Source: Chrysomallon squamiferum (taxonomy: Eukaryota; Animalia; Mollusca). From it: DNA of 64,000 nt. A program made the position numbers and the translations under genes. Shown piece by piece: positions 1-16,786 of this stretch (the first letter of the stretch is position 1; every line of letters starts with the position of its first letter). The notes beneath the pieces are model-generated. The model worked only from the letters and a program-made list of their open reading frames with translations. It ran no database searches and was not told the DNA's origin. The stretch is taken from the NCBI GenBank assembly GCA_012295275.1, contig CM022678.1, positions 14,260,001 through 14,324,000 on the forward strand, in the 5' to 3' direction.

Positions 1-286
1 TGTCCGTTTTAAATCTAGTTGTGTACGTTTATTTATTTATTTTTTTTATTATTTTCCTTTTTTAAATTATTTATTTATTTGTTATTGACGAGTTTTAGAT
101 ATTATTTCACTTTTATTATATTTATATATGTATGTGTATGTTTAACCTTTATATTTAGTTATTTTTATTGTTGGGTTTTTTAATAACCAAATTTATTTTA
201 TAAATTATGTTTTACCTTTTTTTAATTTAATTTTTTATTTCTTTATTTGACTGGGGTTTTTTTTAATTATTATTATTATTATTATT

Positions 287-375
287 ATATATTGGGTTTG
301 CAACTAAATTCCCACCGTTTTTTAATTTAATAGATTTAAACAAAACGGCGGGAACTTAGTTGCCAACCCAATATA
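287..375. repeat. Imperfect inverted repeat (~34-bp arms), probable tiny MITE or fold-back remnant in an NPL intron
   Basis: ATTGGGTTTGCAACTAAATTCCCACCGTTTT versus AAAACGGCGGGAACTTAGTTGCCAACCCAAT: reverse complements with 3 mismatches, an AT-rich spacer and TA-rich flanks. Confidence 0.7.
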
Positions 376-420
376 TATACATTTACATATTATATATATT
401 AGATATATTTCTGATTATAG

Positions 421-2832
<2,412 letters not shown>

Positions 2833-4710
2833 AAATATATGATTTATGTTATAGATATAAAACTGTAATTTTTCTTCTTTTTAAAAAAAAACTAATTCTA
2901 CATATTTGTAACTAACAAATTGCTAGTCACTCGGAACTGAGAATGTGTCTCTTAAGAATTATACATATAATTCACATCATATAAATTTATTTACTAATGT
3001 TTATATTTCCTTGTAAATACACACAACACATATACGTGCATAGAGACATCTATATAATGTTTTATATTAATATAATATGCTTTTCTATTTGCTATGTTAA
3101 TTACAACAACAACAACAACAATAACAATTTGTTGAAATTTTTTAGATTTAGCAATTTGATTTGTTTAGTAGTATTAAATGGTAGCTATATATAAATATAA
3201 AGTTGTGAGTTTCAAAGAAGAAAGCTTCATTATTTTCCTTCTGCTAGTACTGACCACGTTATAAATGGTTTGCATGTTTTACTTGTTTATTATGTTACGT
3301 AAATGTTGTCTTGTTTTAATAGTATTCATCGTCTTTGTGTTCATCGTGTGTTTTTGCCAATTCATTGTTTGAGCTGCTTTTCGCTTCATATCACTGCGTC
3401 GTGCTTCTTACGTAGCCCGACACACACGAGAAGATGCTGTAGCCTTTGACCTCGGTACAACCCAAGGACGCGGCTCATCCGAACAAGCAAAGAAATCCAC
3501 CGCTACAAGAACAAAGAAAATGTTTATCATTATTTCATTCGCAGTATGAAATTAGAGAATATTTGCGAAAAATAATAATCTTTCATATTTGTAACATATT
3601 TTATTATGATACCTTATACTCAGGATGTATCCATAGGTTCCCCGAATGGGTCAACCTCCATTGATTGAATGTTTCTGTCGTCCAGGCGTATACATTTCAA
3701 TTATTATGTTGATATTTTATAAAAATGTTTTCCTACACTTAATTATTTCTTTAACCATTTCTTTGAAAAACAACAGTCAAATTCCGATAAATTCAGCTAG
3801 CTTCCTCTGATTATATACTTAAAAATAATTTTAAAAATATCTTTTTCAGTAATTGTATTTCTTAGTTTCTAAAGAAAAGAATGATTAGAAAGACACCAAT
3901 ACAAGATTTGCTAAAATGTGTGTTCTAAACTGAAATACATGTAGATGCTAAAAAAAGAAAAGAAGTATAATATAAAGTATAAAAAAGTAAAAATGAATAT
4001 AAATATGTAATATATGAATCAATACCAATAGAGATGTAGAAACTATTATTGCTATATGAAGTGTTAAAATAACAGATCATGGGATATGAACAGGAACAAC
4101 TGAACGTACTGGCAACTCAGGTCTTCGTTCAGGGAGCCAGTTCATGTATTTGAGATCTTCAAAATATAGAGTGAAAAACGCGAAAATAATAACTGAAATT
4201 ATTAAAATAAAAATAAAATGGAAATTTTCCTTGGATTCAGTAAAATTGTCGAGAATTAATTTTTTATGTTATGAGATCAAATTATGACAAAACATTGACA
4301 GGAAATTTCTAAGATACCGATATTAAAATGTCCGAGCGCTGAAAAACCTAGTCCTGGCTCTTTTAGTTAGTTTTATTTATTTATTTATTTATATTATTTT
4401 TAATTTATTTTTCTTATTTTATTAAGAAAGAAGAAGTTTATTTATTTGAACTCCTGTAACTGGCGAGGCTACTGCAATCAGTATTTCTAAATAACAATAC
4501 TGACTTTACTTTCCGCCAGTCTTCGATGTCACATTATAATTTTTCATCACATGGCAATGATGATGATGATTTTTACATGTACTTGCTTGCACAGCATTCA
4601 GGTATTTACACATTTAGATGTAAGGAGTCACTAATAGAAGAATATATAAAATGTGTTTATTGTTATTACTGTAATATTAATTTATATTAACTTTAATCTT
4701 TATCTTAGGG

Positions 4711-4981
4711 CATTGGCTTGCAGAGGGGAGGGCCGAAGAGGCGATGGCCCTCGGCATCCAAATGGGGGGGTGGCATCCAGTCAGAGAAAAGAATTTAATA
4801 AATGTGGTTGATTTATATTTAAATCGAATAAAGTATTAATTTTATGTTTCATCTCTGTTTAGATATTCAAAATGTCTTCCTTTCTCATAATATTTCTCAT
4901 GTTATATACTAGGGCACATACTTCAGTCTTTGGGACAATAAGTAGCTGGCCCCGGGCATCACCAGACCTCTGCACGCTATG
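4711..4981. mobile_element. Non-autonomous hAT-like DNA transposon (MITE), 271 bp
   Basis: Exact 8-bp direct repeat TCTTAGGG at 4703-4710 and 4982-4989. Imperfect terminal inverted repeats CATTGGCTTGCAGAGG / CCTCTGCACGCTATG. GC-rich subterminal motif GGCCC(T/C)(C/G)GGCATC near both ends. An 8-bp TSD is typical of hAT elements. Confidence 0.8.
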
Positions 4982-5154
4982 TCTTAGGGTAGTTCTGATT
5001 TCTCCCCCCACCCCTTTAAGTCCAGCCGTATGTTAAACACTCTATTATTTATAAATTAATTTCATACAGCTCGTTACAGATCGGTATGAAACCCCGCAGG
5101 CCAGAAATATATTTGAAATTTATGCACATACATACATGTAATCATTTCATACAT

Positions 5155-5159
<5 letters not shown>

Positions 5160-5206
<47 letters not shown>
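5160..5206. repeat. (CT)n microsatellite
   Basis: Direct reading. Confidence 0.95.
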
Positions 5207-5209
<3 letters not shown>

Positions 5210-5742
5210 CACATACACACAAACACACATTACTTCTATTATCATAATGATCATTATTATTAAGAAGTTGTTGTTTTTGTTGTTATTATTATTTTGTTGT
5301 TGTTGTTGTCGTTATTGTTAGTTTTAATGTTGTTTATAATTTTTGTTTAGTTGTGTCAGATGTTAGGTTTAGCTGAGAAGGTAGGCAGGTTTTTAAATTA
5401 CAGAAAAAAAAGGGTGTGACTGAAAAATCATAATCGTGCGGCTGCTGAAAAGCTCTGTCGATGAAAAGAAAATCAAAACGAATAAGAAGAGTATTCACGT
5501 TGTTCAGATAGATATTATCTAACCGTGGTAACCAGCCTGTTCTGTAAAATGCGAGGAACAGTGGTCGACATTGTTTTCTTTTTCTATATTGTCGTAATTG
5601 TCAACAAACTTGCTTCTTGTAATGGTTTTTAATTAGCAAACACTTGAACACATACCTATATTTATGTCTGTATATTTATGCACATACATACATAAACACA
5701 CTCACATAATATATATATACGAATGTGTTTATATATGTATGT

Positions 5743-5747
<5 letters not shown>

Positions 5748-5802
<55 letters not shown>

Positions 5803-5881
5803 ACATATATGTATATATATATATATATATATATGTTGTTTTTCTTTATTTTTCTTTATTTATTTATACTTTTTCCATTAG

Positions 5882-5921
<40 letters not shown>
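5748..5921. repeat. (TA)n and (ATT)n microsatellites
   Basis: Direct reading. Source of the spurious IYIY and poly-Y ORFs. Confidence 0.93.
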
Positions 5922-5922
<1 letters not shown>

Positions 5923-6779
5923 TGAAGTTTTTGTTTATCATTGTTTGGACTCTGTAAGTTATAAGGTGAGAACTGTGAGTCAGGTACACTTCAATGGTAT
6001 CTACAAACAGGTTTTTTCTGAGCTCTTTGATGTGTATTTAACATTGCTGACAAATAGAGCAGAACACGGAAATGTAGCGAGGCGTGTTTCATGTACATAT
6101 TTCCATATGAGAAACAGCTATAAGCAATACGTCAAAACTATATTCAACCATCCATGACCGCTATGAATCTGGTGCATTAAGCGAGAAATGTGTTGAGCAA
6201 ATACAGAGGATAAATTGTACAGCCAGTTTACACCATTTGTACACAGACTGTACTCACAGCAAACAGAAACTCGTGATGTCAAATACAAGTCTTACTGGCG
6301 GCTTCTCTATTCCTGCAGGAACAAATTTATTTATGTCATGATTACGTTTCGATCGATAGAAGTGTAAGAAAGATACACACTGAAAGTTAATAAACCTATT
6401 TAGATCAGTAATAAAGTGTTTAGTTTTACACACGTACTCACATAACAAATAACGCACACGCACACACAACACGTATAAATACACAAAATGTAGAGAAATA
6501 TATAGAATTATACGCACAGGATGATACCATTGGGCTTTTTGATTGTTTTTTTTTTTCGGGGGGAGGGGTTGTAGGGGTTCATTTCATAAAAAATATTTAT
6601 TTATTTTTGTTATTGAGTACTTTTTTTTTTAAATATTATTATGATGATATTTTTGTTTTTATGGCCTTCTTCTTCTCTTCTGTTCTTATTTTTCTTCTTT
6701 TTCTTCTTCTTCTTCTTCTTATTATTATTATTATTACTAGTACTATTTTTGAAAAAAAAAACAAGAAAAAGAACAGCTT

Positions 6780-6813
<34 letters not shown>

Positions 6814-7206
6814 CTGCTGATGTTGCTGGTGAATTATAAATTATTGTAAATCGATACATCTTTAAAAAGAAAAACATATCTGTACAGGTATTGAATAAGT
6901 TACTGAAGCTTTATTTAGGACAAAAATAGCAGAACTATGTGTGTGAGTCCACTGTTCACCATCAAAACTGGTTCTTCAACTACAAAAACAGCGGCATAGC
7001 TCAATATCGTACATTCTCGACAGTTTTGTTTCCGTAAATTTATATAACATCGTAACTTTCCGTAAGTAAATGACAGGTCGTCATAAACGAACGAACACGA
7101 GCGAGAGCAATATATTAAATTTACGTCAAAAGAAAAGTGCTTTCGGAATCTGGATTGAATTTTTCTTTTCGTACGAATTGCTTCGAGCATTAAAGAACCT
7201 AAAGTC

Positions 7207-9523
7207 ATGCCGTTTTTCAAAAAAGCTCACGACGGAGCTGAGTCGCTAAAAGCATCAGCAGAGAAACAAAAACAAGAATTTGAAGCAAAGGTTAGTTTAA
7301 TTAGAATTCTGTTGTTTGGTAGAATTTTGTTCTGCAACATCTGTAGAAATGACAGGTGTGAGTGAGTCATGTTTACAACTATATACATTTTATTACTGTA
7401 AAATCGCAGCATTTCAAATAATAGTTATTAACTAACTAATAAATAATAGCTCAACAGAAAAGATGAGTCAATAAAATGTTTATCAAATGAAAGAAGTAAA
7501 TAACTATTTTAAAATAAGAATTAATATTTATGTATGGCTAAATTCACCGATTTTGTTGTACTCTGAAATGTTTGCAGGATTTACTAACTTTCAAATTAGT
7601 TTTAAGAAGTTTAGGATCAGGTTATGATCACGGATAAAAGTCTTTAAAGATCCGCAAGCAGTTTCAAATAAAGAGAAGACTAGCGGCCGCGCGCGCACAC
7701 GCACGCACACACACACACACACTCAAAATCTGCGCTTCGTATTGAAACGCCCCTCTCTCTGTCTCTGTCTGAAAATTAATTTCAAAATTAGTAACAACTG
7801 TCCTTTTCAATGTTCACAGCAGATGACGAATATATTTTTTTTTTTTTTTTTTAATTTAATATCTTAGACATTCATAAACCTAAAATATGCGCGAGTTGCT
7901 ATTTTGTTAAGCACGTGTTAGATGTAAAAACAGACCCATAAGTATTTTTTGTTAGCTGCTAGAAAAATGTTAATAACATGCCTTTATTGGTTTACAGCTG
8001 TACAGATTCCTAGGTATAAGCGTTATTTGATTAAGGTTTTTGCAGATCAGGTACTAATTTTGTCGCCGATGTTAACGTTTTGTCACTGAAGAGTTATCTC
8101 CCATGTTATATGAGATATCAACAGTGTATTTTGTATTAAAGAGTAAAAATAGTATGTATACATACCATGGGAAGTCTTTTCTTGATAATTTAAATGTTTT
8201 ACATACTTGTAATGAAAAAAAAATGTATCAATTAATTATTATAATGATGTAAATTATCAAATTACTATACATAAATTAGCTTATTTTAAAATGTGGTTTC
8301 ATTGGACATAAAGATAAAACAAAAGTAAAAACAAAAGTATGGAAATTAAATAAACAAAGTAAAAAATAAAATATAAATTAATATAATATAATAATTATGT
8401 GAGATCGATAATAACAGTACACACATACTATACTATAACTAAAATTATTTTCCTTAAACATTTTTTGTATTGCATTGTTTGTCTTTGATAATTCAGATTC
8501 AAGCATTAGAGCAGGAGAAGCAGACACTACAGAATCAGGTTCAGGAATACAAGAACAAGGCAGAAGAAGCAGAGAAGAAAGTAACAACAATAAAAGAGGA
8601 AATGGAGACAAAATACAATGAACAATTAGAAAAACTGAAATCTGAGAAACAATCTCTGCTGGTAAATTATAATTTTTCCACTCTCTTTATCATTACCTAG
8701 TTAAAATAGTAATAACATTAACAATAATAAATTAATTATATCAAGCTTCATTAATTAATTAATTAATAAAAATTTAACAAATGTAATAAATATTTGTTTT
8801 GATGAATGTAAGTTTTTTGTTGACAGATGTATCAGTCTAAGAAAATTTTTGATAAATTACATATATTACTATTCTGCATGTAACCGTTTCTCAGTCATTT
8901 TTTTTCAGCTTTACATCATCATTGTTCACAAATGTAATATAAAAGTAAATATTACATTATCAAACCAATTTTTACAAACTATTCTAACTAATCGAGTGAT
9001 TATTTTTCTTAGTGGTTTTGAATATATATGTATATTACATGCGTTTCTAAACTTCTTATGTCGATATGTAGTAACAATTATAGCAACAAATCTACATAGA
9101 TTGAAATAATCGTTTTTTCTAAATTAAAAGAATATATCAGAATCTATGATGAAATAGAATTTAATGGCCTTTTGTATATCTGTGTTTCAGGAACAACTGG
9201 AGCAGCTGAAGAAAACAGCTGGGGTAAGAATCTTCTTATTTATCTATATCAGCATCTTCTCTTTTAGTTATTTTTTATTATAACCATAACAGTCAATATC
9301 TGTTTATTGTTGTAAATAAGTTGTAGCTCTCTATTGTATCAAAGATACTACAAGGAAGAATGACTGACACTGTGATCTAATCTTTTTATTTTTATCTAAC
9401 TGCTATCACACACACACATATATATATATCTTTTTATTACTTTTTTCACGTCTTTTTTCTTCTTTTTTTCAGGAAACTTTGCAGAATCTGAAGAGTAATA
9501 TCCCTTCTGGTCTTCCTTTGTAA
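7207..9523 (+). CDS. Uncharacterised small coiled-coil protein, 110 aa, 4 exons
   Basis: Exons 7207-7290 (MPFFKKAHDGAESLKASAEKQKQEFEAK), 8497-8661 (IQALEQEKQTLQ...KSEKQSLL), 9191-9223 (EQLEQLKKTAG) and 9473-9523 (ETLQNLKSNIPSGLPL*). All introns are phase 0 GT-AG. The start context is good (GTCATGC) and lies in a CpG-retaining region. AATAAA follows near 9625. The sequence is E/K/Q-rich with heptad character. Confidence 0.8.
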
Positions 9524-11701
9524 CTAATCACTATCACAACTGTTACAAATCTTGTGACTGATTTATATATTGTTAACTTTTCTAGTGCTAAAACAGCACT
9601 ATCTTTTTATTCTGATAATTAAAAATAAATATTCATTCAATAAGGATCTTTTAAATTAACTGTAACTTTAAATTTATTTATATCCAGAATTTTCAATATT
9701 TATTATTTCTGCAGGCCTAATGAAACAAACATTAAAAAATTACGTAGATCATAATTTGTTTCATACAACTGTCCAGAAAATATTCAAAAGGTTATTAAAA
9801 ATGGTTTTTTTAAATTAAATATTTGGTTACAGAGAAATATCCAATTATGTAAATAGCACTGTTGCTTTTAATTTAACTATAGTCTACACATTACAATACA
9901 TACTATATAATATATATATATATATATACTCTTTTATTTGTTAATTTCTTGTAATTAAAACATAAAAGTACTGAAATTTACTTTTTGATATTTTTTTAAT
10001 CAAAAATATTTTTCAGCTCTGGATGACATCTGTGAATGTATATGACTAGAGTTGTTGTTCTTATTAATAGTAGTAGTAGTAGAGGTAGTAGTAGTATCAA
10101 TATTTCAGAATTTTTTTTATTTTTAATAATCATATAGATACCAATAATAAAACAAAACATCGTTTTAATTTTTTAATATCAAGTTTTAAACTGTTCACAT
10201 ACAAAATAATAATCTCAAGTGAAATGCCTATCACATTCTGTTATTTTTAGGACGAGGATTTCATTTATGTTCTATTTTTTTTATTTTTTTGTTCAAAGTT
10301 GTAGATACCACTTTATATAATTCCACTTATTCCTGATTTATTAAATAAAATTAAATCAAGAAAGAAAACACTGTTATAATAATAATACAAGTGATCTATA
10401 TGTTTGAAATAAAGCTATAGGCCAAACAGAAATGTTATACAAGATCTGAAAAATAATATTTAAAGACATTCCAAGTCTGTCTATTTTTCAAAAAATAGTC
10501 TCGATTGAAAATGACAGGTAAAAAAAATACATTTCTTCAATGTTTTGTTTGTTTGCCCACATTTCTCACAAATGAGCCACAGCACTCAATGTGACCCAGG
10601 CTATAATTTCTTCAGTACACACAGCAATCAACTCAATGATGTTTAAAATTCAGAATCATCCACAAGCTTACCAGCACTATTAGAATAAAATAGACACAAC
10701 AAAAATAAAACAATAATAAAAAATCATAATTACTGGATATATTCATATAACTCTTCACATATATTTCATTTTGTTCTATGAAAGTTTACAAATAAATTCT
10801 AAAACTGAAGATAGAACAAGCAGTTAAGACAACATTGTATAATTTCAAAACAAAACAGTGACAAATATATACAAACATCAATAAAAGTGGAATATTATGT
10901 AACATGATCACTCTTTTATAGGTAAATGAGACATAATGATTTATCCATAATTTAAAATAATTGATTAATTTAACATAAATCCAAAATATTTGAAATATTA
11001 ACCAAAGTAACCAATTACCTGCCCTGTGTAAACTCCACCCGTTTCATTTTAGCATCCAAAAATACTGTCTTAGACCTCTAATAATTTTAATTTTAAAAAG
11101 AAATGTGGATAAATTAAAATAAATAAATACATGAAAAAGTAATCTTATAATTTGGTGATAACAATATACAGTGATAAGTAAATCATCCAAGATGTAGATC
11201 CATAAATAAACCACATACATTACAAACTACCATTCCGTGTTTTGTAATAAATCAACAAATAATCACCCACCATTCCTTGTTTAACTAAATGCATAAAAAT
11301 AACAAACTACAGTTTTTTGTTAGTAAATATATACTAACAAAATGATTTTTTTTTAACAAGTGTATAGGAATATTTTTCATGTAATATTTCTTTTGACTGC
11401 AAATTAAATGACCTTAGGCAGTAACATTTTGTTCCTATATTACATTTTTAACATCATCTCTACCAAGTACTTATTTAAACTCTGGTAAAAGCAGACAGTT
11501 ATGAAGCATTGTACTGGACAATCCACCACATAACTTACTGCTTCAGTGGTCACTAAAGCTACTGAAGAATTACACTGAACATGTCCATGTGACAATGTCA
11601 CATTGGATAATAAAGTTTTTAACTGTATGCTACTGGAGATAACAAATGCAAATACCAATTCAGTCTGTCTGTCAGTAATAACAACTAATTCAAAATGTCA
11701 C

Positions 11702-14700
11702 TTATAAACTGGACTGTGTTGCTTGTGCCACTTTTGATCCTGATTTCCTCCCTAATGCTTTAGCTATAAACTGACCTGCTTCAAGCAACTTCTGTAAGTT
11801 AACACCCTGCAAGTAAAATATTTGATGAATCTCATTATTCTCATTATTCTCATTATATAATTCAGAAGTTATTTTTCAATGAATCCTGAAAAAAGATATA
11901 ATAGCATATACAAACAGGCAAAGACACAAATTACATATATTGTGTGTTTATAAGCATCATATTTACTATATGTACACATGTGCATCAGCAAAGGCACTGT
12001 AATCTACTCACTGTGTTTATTGCTAGACCATTCAATAAATACACAACATCCTCTGTAGCAACATTGCCACTGGCTCCTTCAGCATAAGGACAACCACCTA
12101 AACCAGCTACAGAGCTGTCTACAACCGACACACCCATCTAGAAAAACACAAATATATGTTTAACAATGTCTTGTATGTTATTAAATACATTTCAAAACAA
12201 GGAACAGAACAATATTAAGAAAATCAATATTAAATTAAAATTAAAATGTTCATAAAATTGTCAAAATAGCTTTATAAATGAAAGAAACTATCAGCTAATA
12301 TGGTGTCTAATTATTAAAAACTGTCTTACAAATTTAAATATTCATAATGTATAAAACAACAGTAAAAGTCTGGTTTATAAATAAGAATACATAATACTAT
12401 TCTTATTAAAATATTCTTGCTGCAATATTTTTACTAATAAATGTTTTAAAAAAAAGAAAAAAAAAAAAGAGTGACAATAATTAATTTCTTCAAAATAAAG
12501 AGGGATTTGAAGTTAGTTACTTGCAGAGCAGCTAGTATGTTAGCTAGAGCTTGTCCATATGTGTCATGACAGTGAACTGCTACCTTTTCAACAGGGACTT
12601 TGCGAGATACTGTGGCAATCAGGTGCTTCATTCCACCAGGAGTACCTACACCTATTGTGTCACCTAAAGACACCTCATAACATCCCAGATCTATCAGCCC
12701 TTCAGCCACCTGCAACAACACATTTTCATTTACTAATAACTGGTCAAGTACAAGACCATCTAAAATGGATTTTAATATACCTCATCCATAAAACAAATTT
12801 AAATAATTGTTTGAAAAACCCCACAATCTAATTGGAAACTAGTAAACAGTAAACCTTAAATTATCTTATCAGTAATAAATTTCAAAAAATAAAAAAGACT
12901 TTTCCAAAATGTAATTTGTAAGTTATTTTTCTGAGGCATTAAAAAGCAATAACTGCTTTTAAAGTTTTCTATATTTATATTATATTTTAGTTACAGGACT
13001 GAGATATATAAATTGTATAAATCAGCCAGATTAATTCTTTAGCTCTGTAATAATACAAATTCTGCAAAAACAAAATAAGTGCCAGCAGTTCCTTATTTAT
13101 TGCTTTATATATGTTTTGACCATTCTGTATAGTATTCCTTCTAAATGAACCATCAGGAATTGTGCAAAAATTAACCAAATTAAAATCAGAAATCAACAGT
13201 AAATCAGAATAATGAGATGAGAAGTGTATATTTACATTAGCAAGTAAAAAATCAAAAGAAAATTTAATGTAATATTTACATCTGCTACTCGTTCTGGTGA
13301 CACATCACTTTCATATGGACATCCCAAAACACAGGAAACATACCTGAAAATATACAGCTTAAGAAATACAATAAAAAAACTAAATAATCAGCTATCAAAA
13401 TAAATTTGAATGTTTTAATATTTTTAAAAGATATTTATACATAAAATGATTTAATATGTTATATTAATAAAATAAAGTATTTCAGTAAAAATTAATGTAT
13501 AATACATAACTAAGAATACCACACTATCCAGTTAGAGATGACATTATATATGGTTTTGTCAAGAGTGAAAGTTTCTCTTAAGTAGCCAAAGGAAATTTTG
13601 ATATTTATTATAATACAAAACAGGGTAAAACACTAACCTTTTTTTAACGAGCATGTAAGTTGAAAATCTGCCCTTTTTATTATTTAATATTAAAAGTCAT
13701 ACCAGCATTCTTTGTGCTTCGTGAAAATGATTGAACTGTTCATAACAACAATATCATAATATACTATAGTTGTCAAAATTACTTAAAACATTTAAAACAA
13801 ATATATTTATAGAGAAGGACAATTGTGATTTGCACTATTGTTTTCACCTACTGTTATTTACATAATAAAAATAAAGGGCACAGTGAATATCAGTTTGGAT
13901 CCATCATGGTCAGGTCAAAGGTAGATTTAATGAAAAGATATTCAGATATGAAATAACCTCCAATGATACATTATCATAAAGCTTAACGATATTGACCCTG
14001 TACAGAAATGTTAATATTAAAATAATGAGCATAACAATCCACATGTGAATGTCTATAGAAATCTCACCCTCTGACTGGAATGTTTGCTTCTTTGGCTGCA
14101 ATAGTCACCTCCTCAAACCTTTTTAAACTTTCTTCTATTGAACAGTTGATGTTCTTTCTGAAAAATGAACATACAGGATCAAAATTACAACATTATAACA
14201 AATATATCATCAATATTTACACAAATCAGATTAATGGATATATTTATTATTTAAAGGTATTTTTCCTGAGTGCTGTTTGACACTATAAGGTAATGGTGAT
14301 GAGAACTAGTTACTGTTTTAGATTTTCATCAAATATGAAATCTTAAAATAATTTATTAAAAAAAAAAAACATCGAAGATAATAACTTGTTTCATTACAAA
14401 AATTTATAATAACGATAACAGTAAATTTAAAGTGCATACTGACAAAATATGAATTTCGTGTGGCAAACTTTTTATATTTTATATCAAATGAAAATAATTG
14501 CTCATTAGCAAAGTGAAAAATGTAACACCAAAATGGATTTCAGCTATAATCAGCTTTAATTATATTCAATTTGAGTTATTAATTTTCACATATTTATACT
14601 GATTTTTTTGTTTTTTTAATAACTTAAGTATAATAAGAAATATAAAAACTGACTTAATAAGTAAAGTACTAAGTAACAAATAAAAAAAATTATACTTTTA

Positions 14701-16731
14701 AAAGTTATACTAAAAATGTATTAACTGCATCTGCACCCCTATCAGAATTAAATATGCAAGTTACTGGCTATTTTATAATAATCAAAATATTTTACACGTG
14801 TTTAAAAAGTAACATTTTATATACATATTTCTATATGTGTATTTTTACGGGGACTAAAGGAAAAGTAATCAGATGCACCTACTTGCTAAAACTCTCTGAA
14901 GCAGCTCCAAAAATAGATACTTCATCTGCTTTTACTTCCAGCTAAATATAAAATAACAATTAAGTTAATATTTCACTTGTTTTTGTTTGTTTTCTTTCTT
15001 TGCTTTTTGTGTTTTGTTTTACTTTGTTTATTTTTTGTTTTCTAGGAACTGTTGTCGTTTACAACAAAGTTAAAACATATATATAAATCAAAATTAACAA
15101 ACAACCTATGGTTTTAATAAAACAATAAAAAAACTTAAAGGTATAAAGAAGTTATAGATGAACACAGAGCTCACATGCTTTCTACTTAACTACACATTTA
15201 CAGCAGTTGTTTGATGTCTATGCTGATATTTAACTGTTGTTTAATATTTTAGAACTCACAGCAGCTTGGAAACCTTTAAGATTTGGAGTGAGTACAGTGT
15301 AGATGATGTCAGGATGTCGGTCAATACCTTTCATCACTTCGGAATGATCAGCCATCTGTGGTAACAAAACAGAATGCTTACTTTCTATCAATATCATAAT
15401 GTCTTACCTTTTAACATCATTAGAAATTATATGAAGATTAGATTTTTAATATATTATAAAATGAGCAGATTCAAATGAAATGTATATTTATTTAATAACT
15501 TTCTGTTTTAAAATGTGAAATTAAGAGATAAAAAAAAATAATAATTATGAATTAAATACCAACCTGTGGTACCCACTTTGGTGACACAAAGCTGGTTGTT
15601 TCTATCACTGGGAGGTTTGCAGCTGACAATTTGTTGATTAACTGAATCTTAACATCTGTAGGAACCATTGTCTGAAACCAAATGAATGCTATCTTTCAAT
15701 TTCTTTTTAAACTAGTAAGATTTTATTGTCAAAAACATCACTGTCAGAAAAGCTCAAAAAGGCGATGAAGTTAAAATGTAATATGCTAGCTGTTAAATAT
15801 GATGACAAAATAATGCTGAAGAATATTGATAAAAATGCTGTAAACAGATTGCTTTCACAGGCTGTAATTAGTGGCATTTATACATCACCTTATTGATGCA
15901 CTGTCATACTAATTCAAATACTTTTTGTGCAGAAACATCTACTATGAAACTGTAACAGATTCAATAATATAAGCTATTAATATATATACATACTACTGCA
16001 GAAGCTAATAAGCAGTATCTAGCAGTCTATGATGCTTGTCTACTCTTTTATTTACTATCAAAAAATTTTGAAAGCTGAAAGCAAAAATATTAAACTTACT
16101 GAACATAATGCTTCCTTTGGTCTTAATTAATTTTTTCAACAACACACATCAAAATAAATATATACCTTTTCATTCTGCAAACCATCACGTGGACCCACTT
16201 CGACAATTTTCACAAAACTTGGCAGGCCAGCCATCTATAATTTATAATCATTAAGTAAATCATAATTTTTAACAATTTTATCAAATTCAGCTTATGTTTT
16301 TAATTTCTTCATTTTTTTCAAAATTCATGAGGATTTTCATTAAAATTAGGTTTCCTAGCTGAAGAACAAAATCAATTATCAACTGCTACAATGTTATTGT
16401 TGACCTGTATTATGTTTCTAAACTGGCAGTTTCAAATCCCAGATTCATTTTAGTTATGACACAAAAATAATACTAGTCAGAAACATTAAAAACTGAATTC
16501 ATAATTGTATTTATTTTTTATTATTATTACTTATCTCAGTGTGTGTGTGTGTGCATGTGTGTATATATATGTGTTGTTTTTGTTTATCTTGTGAATACTT
16601 TTATAATAATTTAAAATGGTTTTTAATAGTTTAATTTATTTTTGAATAAAATTTTAAATAAACTAATATATTAATAAATATCGCTTCATAATTTTGGCTT
16701 TCAATTGTTTCAACATGAACTGACAAAATAA

Positions 16732-16786
<55 letters not shown>

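Noticed and set aside
3240-3700. CpG-containing stretch with ORF 3446-3664 after NPL
   Set aside because: No recognisable protein motif, splice pattern or terminal repeats. It may be an old repeat or enhancer but I cannot support a call.
4084-4146. ATGAAC..CTGAACG..CGTTCAG..GTTCAT hairpin as a possible SECIS or structured RNA
   Set aside because: It lacks the AUGA/GA quartet geometry, and no nearby gene has an internal in-frame TGA.
5664-5957. ORFs with IYIY, poly-Y or poly-I runs (also 17613-17921, 18169-18378, 32013-32400, 49554-49826, 57866-58216, 61717-62031, 62849-63076)
   Set aside because: They are translations of microsatellites. Where real coding sequence is embedded it is only a short spliced exon already listed.
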